Origin: Oscillospiraceae bacterium
GTDB lineage: Bacteria > Bacillota > Clostridia > Oscillospirales > Oscillospiraceae
Assembly (NCBI GenBank): GCA_017455685.1
Contig: JAFSZH010000041.1
Location: 98,545-162,544, forward strand
Direction of reading: 5' to 3'
Length of the DNA: 64,000 nt
The translations under genes were made by a program, and so were the position numbers. The notes under the pieces are model-generated. The model saw only the letters and a program-made list of their open reading frames with translations, was not told the DNA's origin and did not search any database. Shown here in pieces: positions 48,188-58,193 of the stretch. Position 1 is the first letter of the stretch, and each line of letters starts with the position of its first letter.

Positions 48188-48898
48188 ATGATCGCTGTTG
48201 TCGTGAATACTCTTACCGTCCTGATCGGAAGCCTTATCGGGCTGCTGTTTCGAAGCAGGATGAAACAAAACCTGCAGAACGCTCTGATCACCGCACTGGG
48301 GCTCTGTACGGCTGTGATCGCAATGATGAACGCTCTCAAGACCGGGGACATTCTTTGTATCATCATCTGTATGGCGGTGGGCACCGCCGTTGGTGAGGCG
48401 CTCCATATCGAAGCCGGGATCGAAAAATCAGGCGACGCGCTGAAAAAGCGGTTTTTCGCGGGGGGGAACAACAGCCGCTTCACCGAGGGCTTTGTCACCG
48501 CCAGCATCCTTTTCTGCATCGGCTCCATGACCATCGTTGGCTCTTTGGAAGCCGGGCTCCATCACGATTACAGTATCATTTACGCCAAGAGCACGCTGGA
48601 TCTCATATCCTCAATGGCGCTGGCCTCGGCCATGGGCTTCGGTGTGATGGCCTCGGCGTTGTTCGTGCTCATTTTTCAGGGGGGACTGACGCTGCTCGCT
48701 TCTCTTGCGGGCCCTGTTCTGAGCGAAGCGGTGGTGACGGAGATGACCGCCGTGGGCGGTACGATCCTGATCGGACTGGCAGTCAACATGATCGGCCTGG
48801 GGAAAGAACGGATCCGGGTGGCCAATATGCTCCCTGCGATCTTCCTTCCAACGGTCTACGTCCCCGTTTCAAACTATATCAGCAGTCTGTTTCGTTAA
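48188..48898 (+). CDS. DUF554 family membrane protein (YdfK/YqgA-like)
   Basis: 236 aa multi-TM. The N-terminus VVNTLTVLIGSLIGLL is typical of DUF554, by recollection. Confidence 0.75.
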   Translation: MIAVVVNTLTVLIGSLIGLLFRSRMKQNLQNALITALGLCTAVIAMMNALKTGDILCIIICMAVGTAVGEALHIEAGIEKSGDALKKRFFAGGNNSRFTEGFVTASILFCIGSMTIVGSLEAGLHHDYSIIYAKSTLDLISSMALASAMGFGVMASALFVLIFQGGLTLLASLAGPVLSEAVVTEMTAVGGTILIGLAVNMIGLGKERIRVANMLPAIFLPTVYVPVSNYISSLFR

Positions 48899-48939
48899 AA
48901 ACATGCCCCTCTGCCGTTTGACAGAGGGGCATGTTTATC
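48897..48939. terminator. bidirectional intrinsic terminator
   Basis: AAAA-ACATGCCCCTCTG-ccgtttga-CAGAGGGGCATGT-TTAT, between convergent genes. Confidence 0.85.
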
Positions 48940-48950
48940 TGACAAGATTT

Positions 48951-50510
48951 TTATGACTGGACGCCGGCGGAGGACCCCTGCCGTGCGTCCTTTTCCTGAT
49001 CAAGAATACGGAAAGAGAGCAGCAGATACAGCACTTCCTCCGGATTGTCAAAATTGCAGTGCATCAGATTCTGGATCTTTTCCAGCCGGTAGAGAAGGGT
49101 GCTCCGATGGATAAACAGGTCCTCGGAGGTCTTGGTCAGATTCTGGTGGTTTTCCAGATAGACGCGGAGAGTCTGATACAGAGGAGAATCGTTGTTATCC
49201 GCCATGTTTTTCAGCTGCAGCAGCTTTTCGTGGGCCAGCATATAGGGCGGAAGCTTTCTCGTGGTCTGATCCAGCATGTAGACCAGTGTGATCTCGTTGA
49301 AGTGATGGATCCACTGGGAGGGGCTCTTTCTACGGCCCACGGTCAGTGCCAGGGAGGCCTGCACGTACTGCCTCTGCAGATTGAAGTGTCCGGTCATTTT
49401 CCGGCTGTATCCGGCGTTGAGCATGCTGTCCCGGATGAAGCCCGCCAATCGCTGTGCGATCTCGCTGTCAGACAGGGGACACAGATCGATATTCACGTAG
49501 ACGATTGCATTGCCCCGATATTCGATGGAGCAGGAACCGGGAATGGTACTCTCAATATAACTGCAAATGGAGCGCAGGGACAGATTCCGACCGTCCAGGG
49601 CACCCGGCTCGATGAGAATGCACTGATAGCTGTGCGACGCGTACCAGCCGAGGTTGGAAAGCTGCTGGCTCACCTCAATGTAGTCCGCCGCAGGATCGGT
49701 GAGGATGGCCCGGAAGATCTGGTGCAGGGAGCTGGAGGTGTCCCGGTTCACCACCGTGTTGGTGGAAAAGGCGTGAGAGATATAGTTGGACAGTGCTTCC
49801 AGAACAAAACCGAAGGTGAGGTCGATGGGGATCTCGCCCCGTGAAACCAGCAGGCGGAACACCGTGTTCTGGAACCGCTTGATATTGACGCAGAGCATGG
49901 GAGAGGCGATGCGGTTCCCGGGGTAGACGAAGCACCCGTCCCGGGAGAAGGTATCGGCGTAATTCGGGTCGCTTTTCAGCGCCGTGACAAGATCGTACGT
50001 GACCTCATTGGTGCCCAGGACCGAGTTGCGCAGCTCGCCATAGGAGGTTCCGCGCGTGGCGATCACCGTAAAGTCCATGCCGATAAGGAGAATGGGATTG
50101 CTGATGATCCTCCGGGCAGTGATATCGATCAGATCCTGAATGGGACGTCCGGAAAGACGGGACTGAGTCAGCTCGTCCTCCCAGGCGGAATAGAGATCAA
50201 AAATCTCCTGTACGTATAAAAACACGTCGTCGGCAGGAACGTCGTTTTTGAGCATGCAGACGTTGGGGTGGCCTGCGGTCTGATCCTGCTCGCAGACGTT
50301 CGTAAAGATGATCATGGCGTGCCGGATAAGATGATTGGGCAGCTGATAGTCGCCGGAGTCGACGATGTAGACGATCCCCGTTCTGTCCGGACCGGGCTGA
50401 TGGCTGATCACGGGATAGCGGAGCAGCGGCTCGGCAGACAAATTATCGGAACACTCGACGTTGTATTTTTTCTTGAGGTAATATGCCAAAAGAGCGGCGC
50501 TGAGTTTCAA
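48951..50510 (-). CDS. PucR/CdaR family transcriptional regulator
   Basis: C-terminal PucR HTH (LTKTSEDLFIHRSTLLYRLEKIQ). Start proposed at TTG 50510 after GGGAAGTGA; the ORF track extends to 50570, also a TTG. Confidence 0.8.
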   Translation of the reverse strand: MKLSAALLAYYLKKKYNVECSDNLSAEPLLRYPVISHQPGPDRTGIVYIVDSGDYQLPNHLIRHAMIIFTNVCEQDQTAGHPNVCMLKNDVPADDVFLYVQEIFDLYSAWEDELTQSRLSGRPIQDLIDITARRIISNPILLIGMDFTVIATRGTSYGELRNSVLGTNEVTYDLVTALKSDPNYADTFSRDGCFVYPGNRIASPMLCVNIKRFQNTVFRLLVSRGEIPIDLTFGFVLEALSNYISHAFSTNTVVNRDTSSSLHQIFRAILTDPAADYIEVSQQLSNLGWYASHSYQCILIEPGALDGRNLSLRSICSYIESTIPGSCSIEYRGNAIVYVNIDLCPLSDSEIAQRLAGFIRDSMLNAGYSRKMTGHFNLQRQYVQASLALTVGRRKSPSQWIHHFNEITLVYMLDQTTRKLPPYMLAHEKLLQLKNMADNNDSPLYQTLRVYLENHQNLTKTSEDLFIHRSTLLYRLEKIQNLMHCNFDNPEEVLYLLLSFRILDQEKDARQGSSAGVQS

Positions 50511-50758
50511 TATTATCACTTCCCGCGGCCTGGATAGACACAGTATAAATGATTCTTTGCAAAAAAACAACTACATAATGACAAATTGTCCTACAAAATA
50601 TAGGAAACGAAACAGTTATTCTTTTATCACGTTTACCTGCTTTCGGCGCTCCCGCACGCGCGAAAACTTCCTGTTGATTTTTCGAGGACGGAATAATAAG
50701 ATGAAAACATGATAATTATGGAACTAAGCCGGATCCTTTCAAAGGAAATGCACGGGAT

Positions 50759-51520
50759 ATGAAGGAAGAAGTCATCACATCAAGAAAAAACAGCGTGATC
50801 CGTCGGTTCCGCCTGCTGGGGCGGGACGCCGCCTTTCGGCGGGAGCAGGGGGAGTTTCTCTGTGACGGAGAAAAGCTCTTTCGGGAAGCGCAGCAGAACG
50901 AGGCGGAGATCACCGCGATCCTCTGTCGGGAGAACGGAACAGCCGTGTCCGCTACGGACGCTGCCGTCTATACGGCCGCGGAGGAAGTGTTCGATTACGC
51001 CTCGCCCCTGGAAAACAGCCCCGGACCGCTCTTCGCCGTAAAGATCCCCTCTCCGGAGGAAAGCGGGATGCCGGACCGCGTCGTTGTACTGGAAAACGTC
51101 CAGGACCCCGGAAACGTGGGAACGGTGCTTCGCACGGCTGCGGCGCTGGGTACGGAACTGGTGATCCTGTGCGGAAACTGTGCCGATCCTTATCACCCCA
51201 AAACGGTGCGGGCCACCATGGGCGCGGTATTTCGGCAAAAAGTCGTTTCGCTGACGCTTCCGGAGCTCCGGGAACGTCTGCAGGAATGGAGACTGACGCT
51301 TTACGGCGCGGCCCTGACGGACGACGCGGAGGATCTCCGAACTGTCTTTCTTGCCCGTGCCGCCGTGGCTGTGGGCAACGAGGGAAAAGGACTCAGCGGT
51401 GAGATGCTCTCCCTTTGCGAAAAAAAGATCATCATCCCCATGACGGCGGGCAGCGAATCGCTGAACGCGGGCGTTGCCGCTTCCATCCTGATGTGGGAGA
51501 TGTGCCGCGAAGCTCTGTGA
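50759..51520 (+). CDS. TrmH/SpoU family RNA 2'-O-methyltransferase
   Basis: Motifs LE.VQDPGN.G...R.A, GNEG.GL, and IPM.G..ESLN...A..I. Confidence 0.85.
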   Translation: MKEEVITSRKNSVIRRFRLLGRDAAFRREQGEFLCDGEKLFREAQQNEAEITAILCRENGTAVSATDAAVYTAAEEVFDYASPLENSPGPLFAVKIPSPEESGMPDRVVVLENVQDPGNVGTVLRTAAALGTELVILCGNCADPYHPKTVRATMGAVFRQKVVSLTLPELRERLQEWRLTLYGAALTDDAEDLRTVFLARAAVAVGNEGKGLSGEMLSLCEKKIIIPMTAGSESLNAGVAASILMWEMCREAL

Positions 51521-51544
51521 ACGAATCATAAACGGGAGGTAGCT

Positions 51545-52735
51545 GTGCCTATGGCGCAGATTCGCTATTGGATATGGCTGACGGCGCTGGAAGGGCTGCG
51601 GCCTATTGCCGTTCGTTATCTTTTCGATCATTTCGGCGGGCCTATGGAAGCGTACTACGCCGCCGAGGGCGCCTATGAGGACGTACCCGGGCTCACCGCC
51701 AAAGAGAAGGTCCTTTTGAAGAACAAGGACCTGGATCGGGTAGAATTCATTCTGGAGGCATGCCGCAGGAAGAACATCCGTATCCTCACCATGCAGGACG
51801 CTTCTTATCCGGATCGTCTGCGGCAGATCCCCGATCCGCCGCCGGTGCTGTACGTTCGAGGCGAGCTTCCCTATATGGATGAGCTTCCGGCCGTCGCGGT
51901 AGTGGGCACGCGAAAAGCCAGCCCCTATGGCATCAAAATGGCCACGAAGCTGGGACAGGAGATCACTGCCTGCGGCGGATGCGTTGTCACGGGACTGGCG
52001 CTGGGCGTGGACGCGGCGGCAGCCAGGGGCGCTCTCCTTGCCGATGGCCCCGTAGTGGGCGTTCTCGGAACGGCCATCGACGTGGATTATCCGCCCCAGA
52101 ACGCGCCGCTGATCGCGGACGCGGCAAGTGTCGGCGCAGTCGTCAGCGAGTTCCCGCCGGGATATCCCACCAAGCCGGAGAACTTTCCCCAAAGGAACAG
52201 GATCATCAGCGGCCTGAGCTGCGGGACCTGCGTGGTGGAAGCACCGGTCCGTTCCGGCGCGCTGATCACTGCCAATCTGGCGCTGGAGCAGGGGAGAGAC
52301 CTCTTCGCCGTGCCCGGGAACGCCGACAGTCCCAACAGCGCGGGCCCCAACGCTCTGATCCGGGACTGCGCCAAGGCCGTGACCTGCGGCATGGATATCC
52401 TGGAGGAGTATATCGGGCTTTATTCCGGCCGTATCCACGCGGACGCGGTGGTATTTACACCCGTACCGGCGCCGGAGACACGGACGGAAGAAGGGAAAAC
52501 AAAGATTGACAAGCCCGAAACGATATCTTATATTGACTTAGAAAGCCGTCTTGAACCCTTTTCGGAGGACCAGAAGGCCCTGCTTCGCTGTCTTGTCAAG
52601 GGAGACGCCCACGTGGACGATATCATCGCAGCCACGGGTTTTACCCCGGCCAAGGTGCTGGCGGGCTTGACCATGCTCTCCATCCGGGGCGCCGTCAAGG
52701 CGCTGCCGGGAAAGCGGTTTCAGTTGACGCTTTGA
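51545..52735 (+). CDS. dprA: DNA processing protein DprA (Smf)
   Basis: Motifs VGTRK.S.YG, GLA.G.D..A.......G..V.VLG, FP.RNR.ISGL and SGALITA. GTG start 5 nt after GGGAGG. Confidence 0.88.
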   Translation: MPMAQIRYWIWLTALEGLRPIAVRYLFDHFGGPMEAYYAAEGAYEDVPGLTAKEKVLLKNKDLDRVEFILEACRRKNIRILTMQDASYPDRLRQIPDPPPVLYVRGELPYMDELPAVAVVGTRKASPYGIKMATKLGQEITACGGCVVTGLALGVDAAAARGALLADGPVVGVLGTAIDVDYPPQNAPLIADAASVGAVVSEFPPGYPTKPENFPQRNRIISGLSCGTCVVEAPVRSGALITANLALEQGRDLFAVPGNADSPNSAGPNALIRDCAKAVTCGMDILEEYIGLYSGRIHADAVVFTPVPAPETRTEEGKTKIDKPETISYIDLESRLEPFSEDQKALLRCLVKGDAHVDDIIAATGFTPAKVLAGLTMLSIRGAVKALPGKRFQLTL

Positions 52736-52771
52736 AAAAGCATTCTATCTTAAAGGAAGTTTTTTGTTTCT

Positions 52772-54931
52772 ATGGCACAGGCAAAAAAGGATCTTGTGAT
52801 CGTTGAGTCGCCGGCAAAGGCGCGTACCATTGAAAAATATCTGGGCGGAAGCTATAAGGTGATCGCCTCCATGGGCCATCTGCGCGACCTGCCCAAGAAC
52901 AAGCTGGGCGTGGATATCGATCATGGCTTTACGCCGGAGTATATCCCCGTGGATGCAAGAAAGGACGTTATCGAGGACCTGAAGAAGAGCTCCCGATCCG
53001 CTCCCACCGTCTATCTGGCCACCGACCCGGACCGGGAAGGCGAGGCCATCAGCTGGCATCTCAAGGAGCTTTTGAACATCCCGGACGAAAAAGCCCGGCG
53101 GGTGACCTTTAACGAGATCACCAAAAAAGTGGTGCAGGACAGCATCGCCCATCCCCGGGACATCGACATGGATCTGGTGAACGCCCAGCAGGCCCGGCGG
53201 GTGCTGGACCGTATCGTGGGCTACAAGCTGAGCCCGCTGCTCTGGCGCAAGGTCCGGCGCGGTCTCTCTGCGGGAAGAGTGCAGTCCGCCGCCATCCGCA
53301 TGGTGGTGGACAGGGAGCGGGAGATCCGTGACTTCAAGCCGGAGGAATACTGGCATCTGGACGCGCACCTGAACCGGACGGAAAAGACCGGTACTTTTGT
53401 GGCCCGGTATTTCGGCGAGGGGGAAAAGAAACGGGAGCTCCACACGGAGGATGAGGTCAACGCCGTCGTGGTGGACGTGGAAAAGGCACCCTGGGAGATC
53501 GCCTCCGTCAAGCGCGGCGAGCGTCAGCGGAGCCCCGCGCCTCCGTTCATCACCTCCACGCTGCAGCAGGAGGCCAGTCGCCGTCTGGGACTGACGCCCC
53601 GGCGCACCATGAGCATCGCGCAGCAGCTCTATGAGGGCGTGGATATCACCGGCGAGGGTACCATCGGTCTGATCACCTATATGAGAACGGACTCGCTTCG
53701 TCTCTCCGAGGAAGCGCTTTATGCCGCAGGAAACTTCATTCGCGGCCATTACGGCGAGGAGTACTATCCCGGAAAGCCCCGCCGCTTCAAGACCAAGGCC
53801 GGCGCGCAGGACGCCCATGAGGCCATTCGTCCCAGCGACGTGAATCTGACGCCAGAGCGGGTAAAAAAAGATCTGACCAACGAGCAGTACCGGCTCTACC
53901 GTCTGATCTGGGGGCGTTTTACCGCCAGTCAGATGTCCAACGCCGTGTACGACAACGTGGTGATCGACGCTGTCAGCGCCGGACACTGCTTCAAGGCAAA
54001 TCATTCATCGCTCCGTTTCCCGGGCTATACCGCGGTCTACGAGGACCACGGCGACGACGAGGAAGAGGGCGTGAAGAAGCCTCTTCCCGACCTTCGGGAA
54101 GGGGAGAGCGTCAAGCTGAAAAAGCTGGACAAGGAACAGAAGTTCACCGAGCCGCCCGCCCGGTATACGGAAGCCACGCTGATCCGCGCCATGGAGGAGA
54201 ACGGCATCGGCCGTCCCTCCACCTACGCACCCACCATCAGCACCATCACAGGCCGTGAATACGTCGCCAAGGAGGGAAAGTATCTCAAACCCACCTCCCT
54301 GGGCGAGGTCATCAACGAGCTTATGGAGGAGCGCTTCCCGGATATCGTGGATATGAAATTCACCGCCAACATGGAGAGCCGACTGGATCAGATCGAACAG
54401 GGAAAGATCCCCTGGCAGAACGTTCTGAAGGATTTCTACGGCGATTTTGACCGGGAGCTCACCAAGGCTGAATCCGATCTGGAGGGCGTTCATCTGAAGG
54501 TCCCCGACGAGGTGACCGACGAGATCTGCGACGTCTGCGGCCGTCATCTGGTGGTCAAGAGCGGACGGTTCGGCCGTTTCCTGGCCTGCCCGGGCTTCCC
54601 GGAATGCAGCTTTACCAAGCCCATCGTGGTGGAAATGCCCGGCAGCTGCCCCAAGTGCGGCGGCCGCATTCTGAAACGCACCTCCAAAAAAGGCTTTGCT
54701 TACTACGCCTGCGAGCGCGGCGCGGAGTGTGGCTTCATGACTTGGGACGTGCCCGTAAAGGATAAATGTCCTTCCTGCGGCAAGAGCATGTTCAAGCTCT
54801 CCGGCAAGGGCGCCAGAAAACCGTTCTGCGTCAACCCCGAGTGCGAGGCCTTCGTTCCCGAGGATAAGCGGGGCTACCGTCGCAAGGGCGCGTCCGGCAA
54901 AACCGTGGAAAAGCCGAAAGAGAAGAAATAA
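52772..54931 (+). CDS. topA: DNA topoisomerase I
   Basis: Toprim LVIVESP.KA, catalytic YMRTDS, and C-terminal Cys4 zinc ribbons. Confidence 0.95.
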   Translation: MAQAKKDLVIVESPAKARTIEKYLGGSYKVIASMGHLRDLPKNKLGVDIDHGFTPEYIPVDARKDVIEDLKKSSRSAPTVYLATDPDREGEAISWHLKELLNIPDEKARRVTFNEITKKVVQDSIAHPRDIDMDLVNAQQARRVLDRIVGYKLSPLLWRKVRRGLSAGRVQSAAIRMVVDREREIRDFKPEEYWHLDAHLNRTEKTGTFVARYFGEGEKKRELHTEDEVNAVVVDVEKAPWEIASVKRGERQRSPAPPFITSTLQQEASRRLGLTPRRTMSIAQQLYEGVDITGEGTIGLITYMRTDSLRLSEEALYAAGNFIRGHYGEEYYPGKPRRFKTKAGAQDAHEAIRPSDVNLTPERVKKDLTNEQYRLYRLIWGRFTASQMSNAVYDNVVIDAVSAGHCFKANHSSLRFPGYTAVYEDHGDDEEEGVKKPLPDLREGESVKLKKLDKEQKFTEPPARYTEATLIRAMEENGIGRPSTYAPTISTITGREYVAKEGKYLKPTSLGEVINELMEERFPDIVDMKFTANMESRLDQIEQGKIPWQNVLKDFYGDFDRELTKAESDLEGVHLKVPDEVTDEICDVCGRHLVVKSGRFGRFLACPGFPECSFTKPIVVEMPGSCPKCGGRILKRTSKKGFAYYACERGAECGFMTWDVPVKDKCPSCGKSMFKLSGKGARKPFCVNPECEAFVPEDKRGYRRKGASGKTVEKPKEKK

Positions 54932-56250
54932 TGGAATCTGTCACCGTTGTGGGCGCCGGCCTTGCCGGCTCGGAAGCCGCCTGGCAGCTGGCGATCCGGG
55001 GGATCCCGGTACGTCTGATCGAAATGCGGCCCGGCAAAAGCACTCCCGCGCACGTTTCTCCCTGGTTTGCCGAGCTGGTCTGCTCCAACTCCCTGCGGAG
55101 CGACGAGCTCTCCAACGCCGTGGGCCTGCTGAAAGAGGAACTGCGCCGTCTGGGCAGTCTTGTCATGCGCTGCGCCGATCAGCACCGGGTGGCCGCCGGC
55201 GGCGCGCTGGCAGTGGACCGGGAAGGCTTTGCGAAAGCCGTTACGGAGAGCATCCGCTCTCATCCGCTCATTGAAGTTGAAGAGCGGGAGATCACGGAGA
55301 TCCCGGACGGCCAGGTCGTCATCGCTACAGGCCCTTTGACCTCCGACGCCTTTGCCGATACCATTCTGCGCCGCACCGGCAGCGAGGGACTGCATTTCTA
55401 TGACGCCGTGGCGCCGATCGTGTCCATCGAAAGCGTAGACATGGACAGTGCCTTCCGCGCTTCCCGCTACGACAAGGGCACGGCGGACTACGTCAACTGC
55501 CCTATGACGCAGGAGGAATACCTGGCCTTTTGGCAGGAGCTTCGCTCCGCCCGGCAGGCGGAAGTCCACGGCTTTGACGACGGCGGCGTTTTCGAGGGCT
55601 GTATGCCTGTGGAGGTCATGGCCCGCCGGGGTGAGGACACCATGCGCTACGGTCCCTTGAAGCCCGTGGGGCTGCGGGACCCGCACACCGGCGCGGAGCC
55701 TTACGCCGTTGTGCAGCTGCGGCAGGACAACGCCGAAGGGACGCTTTATAATATGGTCGGATTCCAGACGCATCTGACCTTCGGCGAGCAGAAGCGGGTA
55801 TTTTCCATGATCCCGGCGCTGAAAAACGCGGAATTCGTCCGTTACGGCGTCATGCACCGGAACACCTATTTACAGTCTCCGGGTCTGCTGGACAGGTATT
55901 ACCGGCTGATCGTGGAACCGAGGATCACCTTTGCCGGACAGATCACCGGCGTGGAGGGATACGTGGAATCCTGCGCGTCCGGTATGCTGGCCGCTCTGGA
56001 GCTTGCGGCTAGGCTGCTGGGCCTTCCCGCCGTGGATTTCTCCCGGGAGACGGCTATCGGCGCATTGAGCCTGTATGTTTCCCACGGCAGCGTGGGGGAT
56101 TTTCAGCCCATGAACGTGAATTTCGGCATCATTGAGCCGCTTGGTTACAGAGTCAAAGGCAAAAGAAATAAAAACGCGGAGATCTCTGCCCGTTCTCTGG
56201 GGCTGATCGACGCGATCAGAGAGGGTGAGCTGTGGCAATGCGTATATTGA
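54931..56250 (+). CDS. trmFO: methylenetetrahydrofolate--tRNA-(uracil54-C5)-methyltransferase
   Basis: Motifs VVGAGLAGSEAAWQ, CSNSLR and FAGQITGVEGY. TAATG coupling to topA. Confidence 0.93.
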   Translation: MESVTVVGAGLAGSEAAWQLAIRGIPVRLIEMRPGKSTPAHVSPWFAELVCSNSLRSDELSNAVGLLKEELRRLGSLVMRCADQHRVAAGGALAVDREGFAKAVTESIRSHPLIEVEEREITEIPDGQVVIATGPLTSDAFADTILRRTGSEGLHFYDAVAPIVSIESVDMDSAFRASRYDKGTADYVNCPMTQEEYLAFWQELRSARQAEVHGFDDGGVFEGCMPVEVMARRGEDTMRYGPLKPVGLRDPHTGAEPYAVVQLRQDNAEGTLYNMVGFQTHLTFGEQKRVFSMIPALKNAEFVRYGVMHRNTYLQSPGLLDRYYRLIVEPRITFAGQITGVEGYVESCASGMLAALELAARLLGLPAVDFSRETAIGALSLYVSHGSVGDFQPMNVNFGIIEPLGYRVKGKRNKNAEISARSLGLIDAIREGELWQCVY

Positions 56251-57269
56251 TCGACGCCATGGGCGGCGACAACGCCCCCGGTGAGATCGTCAAGGGCGCG
56301 CTGGAAGCGTCCCGGGAATTCGACGCGGATATTTCCCTGGTGGGACGGAGCGAGGAGATCCTTGCCTGTCTCCGGGAGTTTGGCGTCTGGGAGAGCACGG
56401 AGCATCTGACCGTGGTGGAGGCGCCGGACGTGATCTCCATGGAGGACGACCCCAGCACCGCCACCAGAAAGAAGCCCGATTCCTCCATGTCTGTGGCGCT
56501 GCGCATGCTCCATGAGGGCAAGGGGGACGCGGTGATCTCTGCGGGCAGCACCGGCGCGCTCCTCAGCGGCGCCACGCTGATCGTCCGCCGCATCCGGGGC
56601 ATCCGCCGGGCCTGCTTCGGGCCCGTACTGCCCAACGGCCAGAAGGGCGTGCTGCTCATCGACTGCGGCGCCAACGTGGAATGCACGGCGGAATATCTTC
56701 TTCAGTTTGCCTATATGGGCAATTTCTACGCCAAGGAGATCATGGGCTGCGAGGAGCCCCGGATCGGTCTGCTGAATATCGGCGCGGAAGAGACCAAGGG
56801 CACGCCTCTGCAGAAAGAGACCTACGAGCTGCTCTCCAAAGCCAAAGAGGCCGGCCGCCTCAACTTTATCGGCAACGTGGAGGCCCGGGACGCCATGCGT
56901 GGCGGCGTGGACGTGATCGTCACGGACGGTTTTTCCGGCAACATCCTGCTCAAGAGCATCGAGGGCACCGCCAGCGTGCTGATGCACTATCTGAAGGATA
57001 TCTTCTACAAGAACACTAAAAACAAGCTTGCCGCGCTGATGCTCAAAAAGGACGTTTACGGCCTGAAAGCCATGCTGGACCCCAGTGAAGTTGGCGGTAC
57101 GGCGCTGCTGGGCATCTCCAAGCCGGTGATCAAGGCCCACGGCTCTTCCGACGCCCGTGCCATACGAAGCGCGGTGAAGCAGACCATCGGGTATATCGAC
57201 GCCGGCGTAATTGAAAGCATTGAGAAAAACATCGCGTATATGCGGTTGAATTCTAACGAAGGAGAATAA
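56238..57269 (+). CDS. plsX: phosphate acyltransferase PlsX
   Basis: Motifs IDAMGGDNAP, NIGAEE.KG and VVTDGF.GN. Overlaps the trmFO 3' end. Confidence 0.92.
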   Translation: MRILIDAMGGDNAPGEIVKGALEASREFDADISLVGRSEEILACLREFGVWESTEHLTVVEAPDVISMEDDPSTATRKKPDSSMSVALRMLHEGKGDAVISAGSTGALLSGATLIVRRIRGIRRACFGPVLPNGQKGVLLIDCGANVECTAEYLLQFAYMGNFYAKEIMGCEEPRIGLLNIGAEETKGTPLQKETYELLSKAKEAGRLNFIGNVEARDAMRGGVDVIVTDGFSGNILLKSIEGTASVLMHYLKDIFYKNTKNKLAALMLKKDVYGLKAMLDPSEVGGTALLGISKPVIKAHGSSDARAIRSAVKQTIGYIDAGVIESIEKNIAYMRLNSNEGE

Positions 57270-57274
57270 AGATT

Positions 57275-57511
57275 ATGGTACTGGAAAAAGTGATCAGCAT
57301 GGTTGCCGAGCAGTTTATGGTGGACGAGGATACCGTCACCGCGGAAACGTCCTTTATTGAGGACCTTGGCGCCGATTCCCTGGACGTGGTGGAGCTTACC
57401 ATGGCGCTGGAGGAGGAGTTCTCCCTGTCCGATACGCCGGAAGAGGAACTGATGAACATCCACACCGTGGGCGACCTGGCCGACTACGTTTCCCGCGTGA
57501 CCCAGGAATGA
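57275..57511 (+). CDS. acpP: acyl carrier protein
   Basis: 78 aa with DLGADSLDVVEL (phosphopantetheine Ser). Confidence 0.93.
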   Translation: MVLEKVISMVAEQFMVDEDTVTAETSFIEDLGADSLDVVELTMALEEEFSLSDTPEEELMNIHTVGDLADYVSRVTQE

Positions 57512-57515
57512 TCCC

Positions 57516-58193
57516 GTGACCGCACTGGAGAACAAGCTCGGCTACGTCTTTCGGGACCCCTCTCTGCTGGAAACAGCGCTGACCCACAGTTCCTACGCCA
57601 ATGAAAACCGTTCCCGGGGCCCGGTCTGCAACGAGCGGCTGGAATTTCTCGGGGATTCGGTCCTGAGCGCCACGGTTGCGGAATACCTTTACCGGCACTA
57701 TCCCCAGATGCCGGAGGGCCGGATGACCCGGCTCCGCGCTGAGCTGGTCTGTGAACAGTCGCTCTATCACGTGGCGCAGAAGCTGGATCTGGGCCGTTCT
57801 CTCCGCCTGGGAAAAGGGGAGGAGCATAACGGCGGCCGGGAGCGCCCCTCCATCCTTTCCGACGCGGTGGAGGCGGTCATAGCCGCCATTTATCTCGACG
57901 GCGGGATCGCCCCGGCCTCGGCGCTGATCCATCGCTGTCTGCTGGACGAACTGGGTCCCATGGAGCCGGATTGCTATAACGATTTCAAGACCGCGCTGCA
58001 GGAATTCGTCCAGCGGCAGAGCGGCCAGGTGCTGATTTATGAGTTGACCGGTGAATCCGGGCCGGATCATGACAAGACCTTCTCCGTGCGAGTGCTGCTC
58101 AACGGCGAACCGCTGGGAGAGGGTACGGGGCACACCAAAAAGGAGGCCGAGCAGGCCGCCGCCCGGAACGCCCTGGAGACCCTGAAAAAGTGA
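57516..58193 (+). CDS. rnc: ribonuclease III
   Basis: ERLEFLGDSVL signature and a C-terminal dsRBD (G.G..KKEAEQ.AA). Confidence 0.92.
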   Translation: MTALENKLGYVFRDPSLLETALTHSSYANENRSRGPVCNERLEFLGDSVLSATVAEYLYRHYPQMPEGRMTRLRAELVCEQSLYHVAQKLDLGRSLRLGKGEEHNGGRERPSILSDAVEAVIAAIYLDGGIAPASALIHRCLLDELGPMEPDCYNDFKTALQEFVQRQSGQVLIYELTGESGPDHDKTFSVRVLLNGEPLGEGTGHTKKEAEQAAARNALETLKK

